The notes under the pieces were generated by a model. The model was not told the DNA's origin and searched no databases. It saw nothing but the letters and a program-made list of their open reading frames with translations. The translations under genes were made by a program, and so were the position numbers. 64,000 bases of DNA from Bacteroidales bacterium (GTDB lineage: Bacteria > Bacteroidota > Bacteroidia > Bacteroidales > NBLH01), in NCBI GenBank assembly GCA_016937695.1, contig JAFGWC010000123.1, positions 3,286 through 67,285 of the forward strand. The letters run 5' to 3'. Below are positions 40,573 through 50,106 of the stretch, one piece after another. Within the stretch, counting starts at the first letter, position 1; every line of letters starts with the position of its first letter.

Positions 40573-42417
40573 TTACTTAATTCCTAATTTATTTTGAAAT
40601 ATTGAAAGCATTTCCAAAACATTGGATTTTACATGAATAAAGTATTCAACTCCTTCATTTTTAAGTTGTTCTAAAATATTTATTGGATATCCGGCAACTA
40701 CAATTATTTGTTCTTTGCTTAGTTTTTTTAATATTTCAGGAACAATTGTTTCATATTCATCATCTGAACTGCAAATTACTATAATTTCGGCTTTTGAGTT
40801 TTTTGCAGCTTCAATGCCTTCATCAATTGTATTAAAACCATCATTATCAATAACTTTAAATCCGCCACTTGCAAAAAAATCGGAACTAAAACCTGCTCTT
40901 GCTTTTCGCATTGTTAAATTTCCGTATGTAAACAAAAACGCTTCGGTTTTTTTTCCAATAAAATTTTCAGTTTTTAATCTTATTTCTTCAAATGCCTGTG
41001 CGCCTCGATATAAACGAATTGGCTCTATTATTTTATCTGATTTATCAATTTCAACATCAAAAATATTTGTATTTTTAATATCGTCTTTTATTTTTTCATT
41101 TGAATTTGGATATTGGTTTGTGCCAAGCAATATTTCTTTTTTTGTTGCAATATCCATATCTCTTTTTTTAGCAATTCTTTTAATTTCATCTTGAATAAAG
41201 TTTTGCTTTAGCGATTCAAAAAATCCACCTTTTTCGTTAATTGTTAAAAATAATTTCCAAGCTTCTTCAATTAATGAATTTGTGAGATTTTCGATATAAT
41301 ATGAACCAGCTGAAGGATCTTGAACTTTGTTGAAATATGATTCTTCTTTTAAAATTATCTGCTGATTTCTAGCAATTCTATCAGAAAAAACATCAGCATT
41401 TTTATATGTAATATCAAAAGCATTTACTGTTAAAGAATCTGTTCCACCAATAACTGCCGACATTGATTCTGTTGTTGTACGTAACAAATTTACGTATGGA
41501 TCGTAATTAGTTTTATTCCATAAAGATGTTAAAGAATGAATATTCATCTTTGTTTTTTCTGAGCAACAAGGATTATATTGCTCAACAATTTTTGACCATA
41601 AGTATCTGGCTGCCCGTAACTTAGCTATTTCAAGAAAATAGTTTGATGATGTATCGAAATTAAACTTTATGCTTGGCGCTAATTGATTTATATCTATTCC
41701 TTCTTCTGTATATTTTGACAAATAACAATTTCCAATACTAATTGCAAAAGCCAGTTCTTGAAGAATTGAAGCGCCGGCATTTTTAAAATTGTAAGCATTT
41801 ACTGCAATAAATTGCATTTTAGGAAATTGCTGATTCAAATTTTCGAAAAAAGCTTTATCGAAATAATCTTTATCAATAATTCTTCCTGTAATTGCAAGAT
41901 AAGATAAAGGATCGAAATCGAAAGAGCCTTTAATGATTTTAGTATCAATTTTACTTGATTTACAATAATTTACGAAAATATCAAAAATATTTTTTATAGA
42001 TTTTCCGGCAGAAAAATTAATTTCTACTTTATCGAATGGAAAATTTTCAAAAAGCGTTTTAAAATTATCAATTGTGATATTTTGCTTTTCATAAAAAATA
42101 AATCCGATTGAATTAGCGCCTTTATTAATAGCATTTAATGTTTTTTTATTAGCCTTTGCAAAATCTTCAACTTTAATATTTTGCCTTATTAACCAATCGT
42201 TTTCAAGTTTATTTGTATTGGCTTCTAATAAATACTTTAAGTTCTGCAAATCCTCGTTTCTATAATAAGGTTTTACATTAATTCCGGAATTGGTTTTCCA
42301 AATAAGTTTTTTTTCGTAATCAGCTCCTTTTAAATCTTTATTGATTTTTTCTTCCCAAGCTTTAGTTGGAATTGGAGGAAAGTCTGAAAACAATATTTTA
42401 TTTTGATTTTTACTCAT
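40573..42417 (-). CDS. mutA: Methylmalonyl-CoA mutase small subunit
   Basis: Mutase-like fold ('LEIAKLRAARYLWSKIV') that lacks the DxHxxG cobalamin ligand motif. It lies directly upstream of mutB. Start set at the ATG (MSKNQ...), because the ORF-track start at 42423 is a TTG. Confidence 0.85.
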   Translation of the reverse strand: MSKNQNKILFSDFPPIPTKAWEEKINKDLKGADYEKKLIWKTNSGINVKPYYRNEDLQNLKYLLEANTNKLENDWLIRQNIKVEDFAKANKKTLNAINKGANSIGFIFYEKQNITIDNFKTLFENFPFDKVEINFSAGKSIKNIFDIFVNYCKSSKIDTKIIKGSFDFDPLSYLAITGRIIDKDYFDKAFFENLNQQFPKMQFIAVNAYNFKNAGASILQELAFAISIGNCYLSKYTEEGIDINQLAPSIKFNFDTSSNYFLEIAKLRAARYLWSKIVEQYNPCCSEKTKMNIHSLTSLWNKTNYDPYVNLLRTTTESMSAVIGGTDSLTVNAFDITYKNADVFSDRIARNQQIILKEESYFNKVQDPSAGSYYIENLTNSLIEEAWKLFLTINEKGGFFESLKQNFIQDEIKRIAKKRDMDIATKKEILLGTNQYPNSNEKIKDDIKNTNIFDVEIDKSDKIIEPIRLYRGAQAFEEIRLKTENFIGKKTEAFLFTYGNLTMRKARAGFSSDFFASGGFKVIDNDGFNTIDEGIEAAKNSKAEIIVICSSDDEYETIVPEILKKLSKEQIIVVAGYPINILEQLKNEGVEYFIHVKSNVLEMLSIFQNKLGIK

Positions 42418-42600
42418 AATCAATGAATTATTTTTTTTGCAAAATTAAACTATTTCAAACTTACAAATAATAATTCGAATATGATTTTTGTCAGAATAAA
42501 ATTAAAGTGCTTATATTTTAAAACACATTTAGATTTAAAATAAAATTGTAAATTTTGCTGATAATTCTAATATTTCGATGTTATTTAAAACCAAAGAAGT

Positions 42601-43776
42601 TTAAAAGTTCCATTTTAATCTTAAAAAAGCAAAAGTTGCATTTATTCTTTGTTTATTTTGAGTAAAAGGATTTTCTAATTCTGCACTGAAAGCTTGAACA
42701 ACAAAAGAAAAATATAGATTATCGGTAAAGGAATAATCAAAACTTGGACCTAAAAAATATCCGTTTAATTTTGGATAATACATGCCGGAAATATTTGCGC
42801 TTAAAAGTGGTGTTATTTGATATCCGACTTGTGCAAATGCATTGTATTTTGTAAATGCAAGGTTTTTAACTGTTAAAGATTTATAATAAAATTGCTCAAA
42901 ACTATAAATTTCAGCTGCTGAATTATCAGAATATAAAAATTCAAATTGAAGATTTAGCGAATTTTCAAAAATATAACCAACTGACAAAGAAGCTATTAAC
43001 AATCCTGTTGTGTCTTTAATGTTTTCTTTTGGATGCAAATATGTAAATTCACCTTTAAAATCGAGATTTTTAATTGCACCAGACCATCCACCACCAATTG
43101 CATAGTCGTTTTGGTTTAATATTCCGGCTAATATTTGAAAATCGTAATTCCATTTATTAAATCGCCACAAGGCAGCTGCTGTTATTTCTTCATTGTTATT
43201 TATTTTAGCTGCAATTTCGATTGAAGAAACCATTCCCGTATAATATTGCAATCTAAGAGCATCGCTTCCGGGCTTTTCGGGATAATCAAAATCGAAAAAA
43301 GAATATGCATTAAACAAATCGTTAGGATTCCACGCAAAAGTTTTTCCCCAATTTATTCTTTGTCGGCCAAGAGTTGCGCTAAAATTTCGTTTTTCGTATT
43401 GTAAAAATAATCTATCGATATTTGTATTAAAAAGTACTGATTTTTCATTAATTAAGTTCCAATTCATATCAATATATCCTTGTTCAGCTCTTTCAAAAAA
43501 ATTTGCATAATCAGGAATTAATTTAATGCTTTCGCCTGTTATAAGTCTGTTTCTCATTCCAATTTTAAAAATCCACTTTTCATTTGCAAACCAACTGAAA
43601 TTCAATCTGTTATGAATTAAATTGTCATTTATCCATGTTCCCTTAATACTATCGAACTGAACAGATTGCATATTAGTTATGTATCCTGTTATTTCCCAGT
43701 TTTTTTGTTTTTCTTCCTGAGATTTTATATTATAACTTACAAGCAATATCAATATTAAAGATATTATTTTATTCAT
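42601..43776 (-). CDS. Putative outer-membrane beta-barrel protein (391 aa), last gene of the ABC/LolA-like cluster
   Basis: Signal peptide 'MNKIISLILILLVSYNIKSQ', alternating hydrophobic pattern throughout, and a C-terminal '...FAFLRLKWNF' with terminal Phe as in OM barrels. Family not recognised. Confidence 0.6.
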   Translation of the reverse strand: MNKIISLILILLVSYNIKSQEEKQKNWEITGYITNMQSVQFDSIKGTWINDNLIHNRLNFSWFANEKWIFKIGMRNRLITGESIKLIPDYANFFERAEQGYIDMNWNLINEKSVLFNTNIDRLFLQYEKRNFSATLGRQRINWGKTFAWNPNDLFNAYSFFDFDYPEKPGSDALRLQYYTGMVSSIEIAAKINNNEEITAAALWRFNKWNYDFQILAGILNQNDYAIGGGWSGAIKNLDFKGEFTYLHPKENIKDTTGLLIASLSVGYIFENSLNLQFEFLYSDNSAAEIYSFEQFYYKSLTVKNLAFTKYNAFAQVGYQITPLLSANISGMYYPKLNGYFLGPSFDYSFTDNLYFSFVVQAFSAELENPFTQNKQRINATFAFLRLKWNF

Positions 43777-43789
43777 CTTATGTATTTTT

Positions 43790-43883
43790 ATCGAGTAATT
43801 GTAATTCGTTAATCAAGTAATCTCAAATTATGTTTATATTAACAATTTTGTGATTTACGAATAATTGATTTTCGATGTTTTTT
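43790..43883. repeat. Intergenic sequence modules Y (43790-43829) and X (43838-43883), copy A
   Basis: Both modules recur at 46010-46095 in the opposite order. See findings. Confidence 0.6.
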
Positions 43884-43889
43884 CTAGAA

Positions 43890-44585
43890 TTATTCTCCAC
43901 CATTTTTTTTCAAATCAGAAACCACTTTGCCATCTTCAATTGTAATTACACGCCTTGCTTTTTTCACAACTCTGGCATCGTGAGTAGCAAAAATAAAAGT
44001 GATATTTTCATCTTTATTAAGCTTTTCCATAATATCAAGCAAATTTTCTGTTGATTTTGAATCAAGATTTGCTGTTGGTTCATCGGCTAATACAAATTTA
44101 GGCTTTGATGCTAGTGCTCTTGCCACTGCAACTCTTTGTTGCTGACCACCAGACAGTTGCGATGGACGACTTTTTAATCTGTCGCCTAAACCAACAGCTT
44201 CTAAAAGTTCTTTAACTCTGGAATCTCTTTCATCTTTTTTTCTGCCTTGAAGATGCATAATAAATTCAACATTTTCCTTTGCTGTTAAAACAGGAATAAG
44301 GTTATAGGCTTGAAATACAAAGCCGATATTCCATAATCTAAAATCAATTAATTGAGATCCGGATAAATTGCTGATATCAGTATTATTAATTGTAATTTTT
44401 CCGCTGGTTGGGTTATCTAATCCTCCAAGAATGTTTAGAAGTGTAGTTTTTCCTGAGCCTGAAGGTCCAACAATAGCGGCAAACTCGCCGGATTCGAATG
44501 TTAAATCGATGCCATTTACTGCATGTACTTCTACTTCAGTTTCGGTATAAATTTTAGTTATATTTTCAATGTTAATTATACTCAT
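43890..44585 (-). CDS. ABC transporter ATP-binding protein (LolD/MacB-type)
   Basis: Walker A 'GPSGSGKTT', signature 'LSGGQQQRVAVARAL' and Walker B 'VLADEPT'. Confidence 0.9.
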   Translation of the reverse strand: MSIINIENITKIYTETEVEVHAVNGIDLTFESGEFAAIVGPSGSGKTTLLNILGGLDNPTSGKITINNTDISNLSGSQLIDFRLWNIGFVFQAYNLIPVLTAKENVEFIMHLQGRKKDERDSRVKELLEAVGLGDRLKSRPSQLSGGQQQRVAVARALASKPKFVLADEPTANLDSKSTENLLDIMEKLNKDENITFIFATHDARVVKKARRVITIEDGKVVSDLKKNGGE

Positions 44586-44679
44586 GATAAAATATTTTTA
44601 TATGTTTAATGTTAATTTAAATTGATATTTTATTGAATCACATAAGGCATTTAAGAACATATAAGTTTTTTTTTAAATT

Positions 44680-45900
44680 CTACTCTGTTCTTAATGCATC
44701 AGCAGGATTTAATTTTAATGCTTTTCTTGCCGGATAAATTGCAGCCAAAATTCCGGTTGCAATTACCATTAATGTAATACTGATAAGCATTTCAAAATCA
44801 ATGCTTGTATAAACCAAACTTCCCCAGCCAATTTTTGACAATCCTTCTGACCATAACGATAAATCTATAGCATTTACAGAAAAGTATTTTGAAATTAATC
44901 CGCCAATAATAATTCCTATTACACCTCCTGTTAACGAAAGAAAAACGGTTTCGAGAACAATCATTTCAAAAACTTTGAATTTATTCATTCCAACGGCTAA
45001 AAGCATTCCTAATTCTTTAACTCGCTCAAGCACAACCATTAACATAGTATTTACAATACCAAAACCAAGTGCAAACAATATTATTCCGACAAAAATATAC
45101 ATATATACTCCCATGATTTCGGTTAAATAAGCAAGCTCTGGCTTTAGTTCTGTCCATAATTTAGTGTCCAAGTCAGGGAATAATTTTACTATTTCTGATT
45201 TAACTGTTTTATCTGCTTCATAATTATTTAAATTCACAACTATTTGATGTGCAGTATTTTCAGGCAACATGGTTAATCTTTGTAAATCAGATTTTTTTAC
45301 AAAAATTGTAGATTCATCAAACATTGAATTATCTGTTCTGTAAATTCCGGCAATTCTGAAAGAGCCTCCGGTAAGATTTCCTTCATAATCCTGAAAAGTA
45401 AAAATTATTTTTGAACGCAGCTTTAAATTCAATTTTTCGGCAAGTTTTTGTCCAATAACAACAGGATTTCTTTTAATTCCATCAAAAAATTCACCTTCAA
45501 TTAGTTTTTCATTAATATTCGTTACTTTAAACTCTTCATCTGGGTTAATTCCATATAAACGAACTCCCGATGATGTTTCTGCAGAAGAAGCCATTCCGTT
45601 TACCACAATTCTGGCACTTTGTCCGCTTACATTTGCAATTTCAGAAATCTGCTTATTTTTTTCATCCACTTTTTCGATAAGAGCATCAATATCCTGAGCT
45701 TCTTTAAATTTAGGATTATGCAACTGAATAAAAGAAATTTCCGTTTTTATAGCAGATTCAATTCTTTGATCAGACATTCCTTTCATAAATGCAGTTGTAA
45801 AAACTCCGGCGAAAACTCCAACTGCTATAGCTGTAATAATTATTAGGCTTCTAAGCTTATTACGCCATACATTCCGCCATGCTACTGTCCAAATTACCAT
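44680..45900 (-). CDS. ABC transporter permease, FtsX/MacB/LolCE type (paralog 3)
   Basis: 'VAWRNVWRNKLRSL' N-terminal TM, a ~230-aa periplasmic domain and a C-terminal FtsX 3-TM bundle ('LERVKELGMLLAVGM'). Ends in TAG. Confidence 0.85.
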   Translation of the reverse strand: MVIWTVAWRNVWRNKLRSLIIITAIAVGVFAGVFTTAFMKGMSDQRIESAIKTEISFIQLHNPKFKEAQDIDALIEKVDEKNKQISEIANVSGQSARIVVNGMASSAETSSGVRLYGINPDEEFKVTNINEKLIEGEFFDGIKRNPVVIGQKLAEKLNLKLRSKIIFTFQDYEGNLTGGSFRIAGIYRTDNSMFDESTIFVKKSDLQRLTMLPENTAHQIVVNLNNYEADKTVKSEIVKLFPDLDTKLWTELKPELAYLTEIMGVYMYIFVGIILFALGFGIVNTMLMVVLERVKELGMLLAVGMNKFKVFEMIVLETVFLSLTGGVIGIIIGGLISKYFSVNAIDLSLWSEGLSKIGWGSLVYTSIDFEMLISITLMVIATGILAAIYPARKALKLNPADALRTE

Positions 45901-46009
45901 TTTACTTATTTTAAAATTGATATTTACTATTTTCAGATTCGCAAATTACTATTAATCATTTAATTACACTTTTTAAAGAATCAATTTATCTTCAATCATT
46001 TTTTCAAAA

Positions 46010-46095
46010 ATTACAATTTCTTGATTGACGAATAATCGAGTTTCGATGTTTTTAAATCAAGTAATCGTAATTCGTATATCAGTTAATCTTAAATC
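46010..46095. repeat. Intergenic sequence modules X (46010-46053) and Y (46055-46095), copy B
   Basis: By hand alignment, X matches copy A at 39 of 45 positions and Y matches at 32 of 40. Confidence 0.6.
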
Positions 46096-46106
46096 TTTTT
46101 TTTAAT

Positions 46107-47327
46107 TTAACCATGCAATGCTCTTATAACATTTAATTTTTGTACAGAAATAATCGGATATATAGAAACAAACAATACAATTATAAAAATCACAATTGCT
46201 TGTCGGCTAAATATTTCCGGAACTATTGAAAAAGCAAGCACAGGTTCTATTCCCATATCAACCATCCACTGTGCTGCATCACCGCCAAGTGCAATAGGAT
46301 TTTTTGACATATAGCCTGTTATTGGAAAACTGAACAAAAAACCTGAAAAAACACCAAAAATGCCTATTAAAATCGTTTCGTAAATTACAATAGTTACGAG
46401 TTTCATTTTTTTCATTCCAACAGAAATCATTACTGCAAATTCTCTTTTCCTTTCTGCCATAAGCATCATAATTGTTCCGAAAATTCCAAAACCTATAACA
46501 ATATACAAAATTCCAATCATTATAATGCCACCAGCTCTGTCGCTATCAATCATTTGAACAAGTTCTGGTTGCATCTCAGACCAAGTCATAACTTTTAGCG
46601 GCTTTCCAATTTCCGATTTAATTTTTTTTTCTGCAATTTTTAATTTTTGCTGATTTTCTACCATCAAAACCATTGAAGTATATCTATTTGGTGCAGAAAA
46701 TAATTCCTGAGCATTTTTAATTTCTATGTAAATAAAGTTCTTACTCAATTCGGGCGATGGAAATTCTAAAATTCCTTTTACCGGATATTTTCCGGCTGCT
46801 CCAATCCCATGAAATCCTTGTCCGATAATTACCAAAGTATCGCCAACATTTAATTTCAGATGTTTAGCCAGAAGTTTGCCAACTAAAACACCATTTTCAC
46901 CATTTTTCAGATATTCGCCATCATTTCTTATCCATTTTTCCAAATTTGTTACTTCATTTTCTTTTTCAGGATTTATACCTATAATTAAAGCGCCCTGAGT
47001 TAATTGTTCGGATGAAGCCAAGCAAAACGATTCTAATCTTTTTGTGCTTGAGATTATTTCCGAAGTATTCTCAATTATTGATTTTATTTTTTCATTTTCT
47101 TCAAACGAATTATTTATAGTTTTTTTATCCCAATAATCTTCATTTTGTATCTAAATATAACCGGAATAAAATTTTACAACATTATCAATCATTGAAGAAT
47201 ATGAACCTTCTTGCATAGAATTCATAATAACGGCCAAAAAAACACCAAAAAAGATTGACGAAACAGTTATTAATGTTCTTCTTTTATTGCGCCACAAATT
47301 GCGCCAAGCTATTATAAAATTGTTCAT
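46107..47327 (-). pseudogene. FtsX/MacB-type ABC permease (paralog 2) interrupted by a single in-frame TAG at 47151-47153
   Basis: ORFs 47151..47366 and 46107..47021 share one frame. The joined product reads '...VVKFYSGYI*IQNEDYWDKKTINNSFE...', colinear with paralog 1 '...VVKSYAGYIQIQDSAYWENKSINNSFE...'. The TAG sits where the paralog has Gln (CAA). Confidence 0.8.
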
Positions 47328-47415
47328 GTTATTAGTTATTTTATTAACAATCAGTGTTTTACGCAATATATTTATTTGCTTATTTTTTATCTTTTTACTT
47401 TTGTCTTTACATTCA

Positions 47416-48633
47416 TTAAGTCCTTAATGCTCTGATAACCTTTATTTTACTGATATACCAAATTGCATAAAAACTTATAAAAATTACCATAAAAAAAACG
47501 ATAGTTGCAGGCATTGTAAAAACTTCTGATTTTGTTGAAAAAACATATAGTGGTTCAAATCCCATATCCATCATAGTTTTACCAGCTTCGCCTCCAATTG
47601 GAATTGGATTTTTTTCGAAATACCAAAAAACCGGATATGTTAATACTGATGATGAAAAAACACCTATAAATCCCATTAAAAAAATCTCAATAAATAAAAT
47701 TATGCATAGTTTAGTTTTTTTCATTCCAAGTGCAATCATTACTCCAAGTTCTCTTTTTCTTTCGGCAACCATCATTATTACTGTCCCTAATATTCCAAAA
47801 CCAATTATCAGAAAAAGCAAAAATATAAAAACAAAAGAGCTACTTGTCTTACTATCAACAAATTGAACAAGCTCCGGTTGCATTTCTATCCAACTCATAA
47901 TCCGATAATTTTTTTCTAATTTTTCAGATATTTTTTTATATGCTTTTTCAACTTTTGAATAATCATCAACCATTAACACAATGGATGTAAATCTGTTAGG
48001 AGCTGAATAAAAATCCTGAATATCAGAAATATTTGCGAATGCAATTCTTCCATTTAATTCCGGCGATGGAAATTTAATTATTCCTGAAATCACAAATAAA
48101 CCGGCAGCACTTACACCATGATAACCAGAGCCAATAAGGGTTATAGTATCTCCAAGCTCTAATTTTAAATATTTTGCAATATCGGAACCAATTAAAATTT
48201 CATTTCTAAGTTCAGATAAATATTTGCCTTTTTTTAACCATTTCGATACCTGAATGATTTTTTCTTCTTTATTTAAGTCTATCCCAACAAGCATAACTCC
48301 TTTGCTGTTTTTTTCTGTAGCTGCTAAAGCAAATGATTCTAATCGCGGACTGTGGTAATTTATTGATTTTGAATTGTTTAATATAGAATCTAAATCAGAA
48401 TTTATCTCAAATGAATTATTTATGCTTTTATTTTCCCAATATGCACTGTCCTGAATTTGAATATAGCCGGCATATGATTTAACAACATTGTCTATCATAT
48501 TTCCTAAAGAACCTATTTGAGCCGAGCGCATTGTTACTGCGAAAAACACACCAAAAAACACAGATGAAATTGTAATTAAACTCCTTCTTTTGTTTCTAAA
48601 TAAATTACGCCAAGCTATTTTTAAATAATTCAT
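47416..48633 (-). CDS. ABC transporter permease, FtsX/MacB/LolCE type (paralog 1)
   Basis: 'IAWRNLFRNKRRSL', a periplasmic domain and the FtsX C-terminal bundle 'AERKRELGVMIALGM'. Confidence 0.85.
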   Translation of the reverse strand: MNYLKIAWRNLFRNKRRSLITISSVFFGVFFAVTMRSAQIGSLGNMIDNVVKSYAGYIQIQDSAYWENKSINNSFEINSDLDSILNNSKSINYHSPRLESFALAATEKNSKGVMLVGIDLNKEEKIIQVSKWLKKGKYLSELRNEILIGSDIAKYLKLELGDTITLIGSGYHGVSAAGLFVISGIIKFPSPELNGRIAFANISDIQDFYSAPNRFTSIVLMVDDYSKVEKAYKKISEKLEKNYRIMSWIEMQPELVQFVDSKTSSSFVFIFLLFLIIGFGILGTVIMMVAERKRELGVMIALGMKKTKLCIILFIEIFLMGFIGVFSSSVLTYPVFWYFEKNPIPIGGEAGKTMMDMGFEPLYVFSTKSEVFTMPATIVFFMVIFISFYAIWYISKIKVIRALRT

Positions 48634-48761
48634 AGAGTAAAAGTTTGTAAAGTTTTAATTATCAGTAAATTTAAAAGAAACAGTTTATTATCTTTATTCT
48701 AAAACCATAAATGCTTAATTTGAATTTTGCTTTTAATTTTTGTCTTTTATCTTTAATCTTA

Positions 48762-49508
48762 CTAATGCACTTTTTTCATATTTTGCTGAGAAAAAAATGT
48801 TTCTTCAATAGGGATATCAAATTCTGCAGAATTTAAAATAACAATAGTTTTATTTCCGGATTCATCTTCAGGAATTATTTCAATTTTTGTTGGCAACAAA
48901 CGCCCACCAATTTTTTTTACGTCTTTTCCAATTTCAGTCTTTACAATATATCCGTCCTCATCGTAATAAACTGATTTTAATTGAAGAAAATCAGTTTTAC
49001 TAATCCATTTTATAACTTTTCCCCAAACAACAATTGCTTCTTCTTTTGGAATCATCTCTATTTTATAGCAATCATATCCCGAAACAGCCTCATTTCCAAT
49101 AATTTTATGATTATAATCAACAACAATTGACGATTCTTTTAAAATATCATCATTTGTATAATCAGAGCCCATCCAACCTTGAGACATCATTGATGGCGGC
49201 AGTTTTATCATTCTGCTTATTGTTGGATTCCAATTCCATAATTCATTTTTCCTTTTCAAAAATGTTTGCCCTTTTTCTTTCGCAGGATATGTTATTATTG
49301 TCATAGAATATTCCCGACCTTTTCCCCATGATTTAAATTTTACTGTTCTCGACCAAGTTGGTCTTTGAATAGTCATTGTCATTTCAGCCTTATTTGTAGT
49401 TCCTCTTTCTTTATCATTAGCATTTTTAATAATTTCTGTTGCATTTTGAGAATACATAACAACATTTAAAAATAAGAAACCCACTAAAATTGATATTTTT
49501 TTACACAT
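48762..49508 (-). CDS. LolA-like outer-membrane lipoprotein-sorting family protein
   Basis: Signal peptide, then 'MTIQRPTWSRTVKFKSWGKG...FLKRKNELWNWNPTISRMIKLPPSMMSQGWMGSDYTNDDI', which is typical of the LolA_like family. Confidence 0.7.
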   Translation of the reverse strand: MCKKISILVGFLFLNVVMYSQNATEIIKNANDKERGTTNKAEMTMTIQRPTWSRTVKFKSWGKGREYSMTIITYPAKEKGQTFLKRKNELWNWNPTISRMIKLPPSMMSQGWMGSDYTNDDILKESSIVVDYNHKIIGNEAVSGYDCYKIEMIPKEEAIVVWGKVIKWISKTDFLQLKSVYYDEDGYIVKTEIGKDVKKIGGRLLPTKIEIIPEDESGNKTIVILNSAEFDIPIEETFFSQQNMKKVH

Positions 49509-49523
49509 AGCTTAATAATTATT

Positions 49524-50099
49524 TTATTTAAACTTTTCAATTATTATTTTTTTTACTTCATTTAACGGAAAATGCTCAGGATCAACAATATAATTTAAAG
49601 AAACACCATCAAGTATTGAACCTAATAATCTTGCATAAGCCATAGGATTTTCAATTCCTTTTTTACTATAATATTCAACCAATATCTGAATAAAAGGATC
49701 AACCAGTTCAATTAATTTATCTTGAACCAACTCCATAACTGCCGGTTGAACAATTAATGAAAAATAAAGTTTCCAAAAATGAGTGTCCTGTCCTAACAAA
49801 CTAAAAGTTTTGTCGACGAAATAAGTAAATTCTTCTTCTGTTAAAACTCCATCTTTATTTGGATTAAAAACTTCTATAAATTCATCTATTCCTTCAAATA
49901 TTATTTGTTTAAGTAAATCCTCTTTGCTCTCGAAATAGCTGTATAACAACCCTTTAGAAATACCTGCCTTTTTAGTAATTAAACTTACAGATGCGCCCCT
50001 AAATGTTTTTTCGGCAAAAACTTCAATGGCGGAATTCATAATTAACTTTCGCTTATTTTTTCTAATATCTATATTTTGCTCTTTTGTTCTTGGCGACAT
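49524..50099 (-). CDS. TetR/AcrR-family transcriptional regulator
   Basis: HTH 'FRGASVSLITKKAGISKGLLYSYFESKEDLL'. Start set at the ATG (MSPRTKEQ...), because the ORF-track start at 50126 is a TTG that would lie inside the predicted promoter/operator. Confidence 0.85.
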   Translation of the reverse strand: MSPRTKEQNIDIRKNKRKLIMNSAIEVFAEKTFRGASVSLITKKAGISKGLLYSYFESKEDLLKQIIFEGIDEFIEVFNPNKDGVLTEEEFTYFVDKTFSLLGQDTHFWKLYFSLIVQPAVMELVQDKLIELVDPFIQILVEYYSKKGIENPMAYARLLGSILDGVSLNYIVDPEHFPLNEVKKIIIEKFK

Positions 50100-50106
50100 A
50101 TATTTT

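Noticed and set aside
44641-44668. Similarity of 'cataaggcatttaagaacatataag' to one arm of the lepA-side hairpin (32437-32478, 'cttatatgccttatatgg')
   Set aside because: The matches are short, AT-rich and partial, with no second arm here. This is probably chance in a ~30% G+C genome.
47151-47153. TAG as a recoded sense codon (pyrrolysine or a reassigned genetic code)
   Set aside because: TAG clearly terminates other well-supported genes in the window: the LytTR regulator at 1297-1299, permease paralog 3 at 44680-44682, the membrane-GNAT gene at 8712-8714 and the antitoxin at 6997-6999. I saw no pyl genes. A nonsense mutation or sequencing error is far more likely.
47328-48761. T-rich similarity between the spacers upstream of permease paralogs 1 and 2 ('tttgctt..tttttgtcttttatcttt')
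   Set aside because: The sequence is low-complexity. It is adequately explained by the tandem duplication of the permease gene or by base composition.
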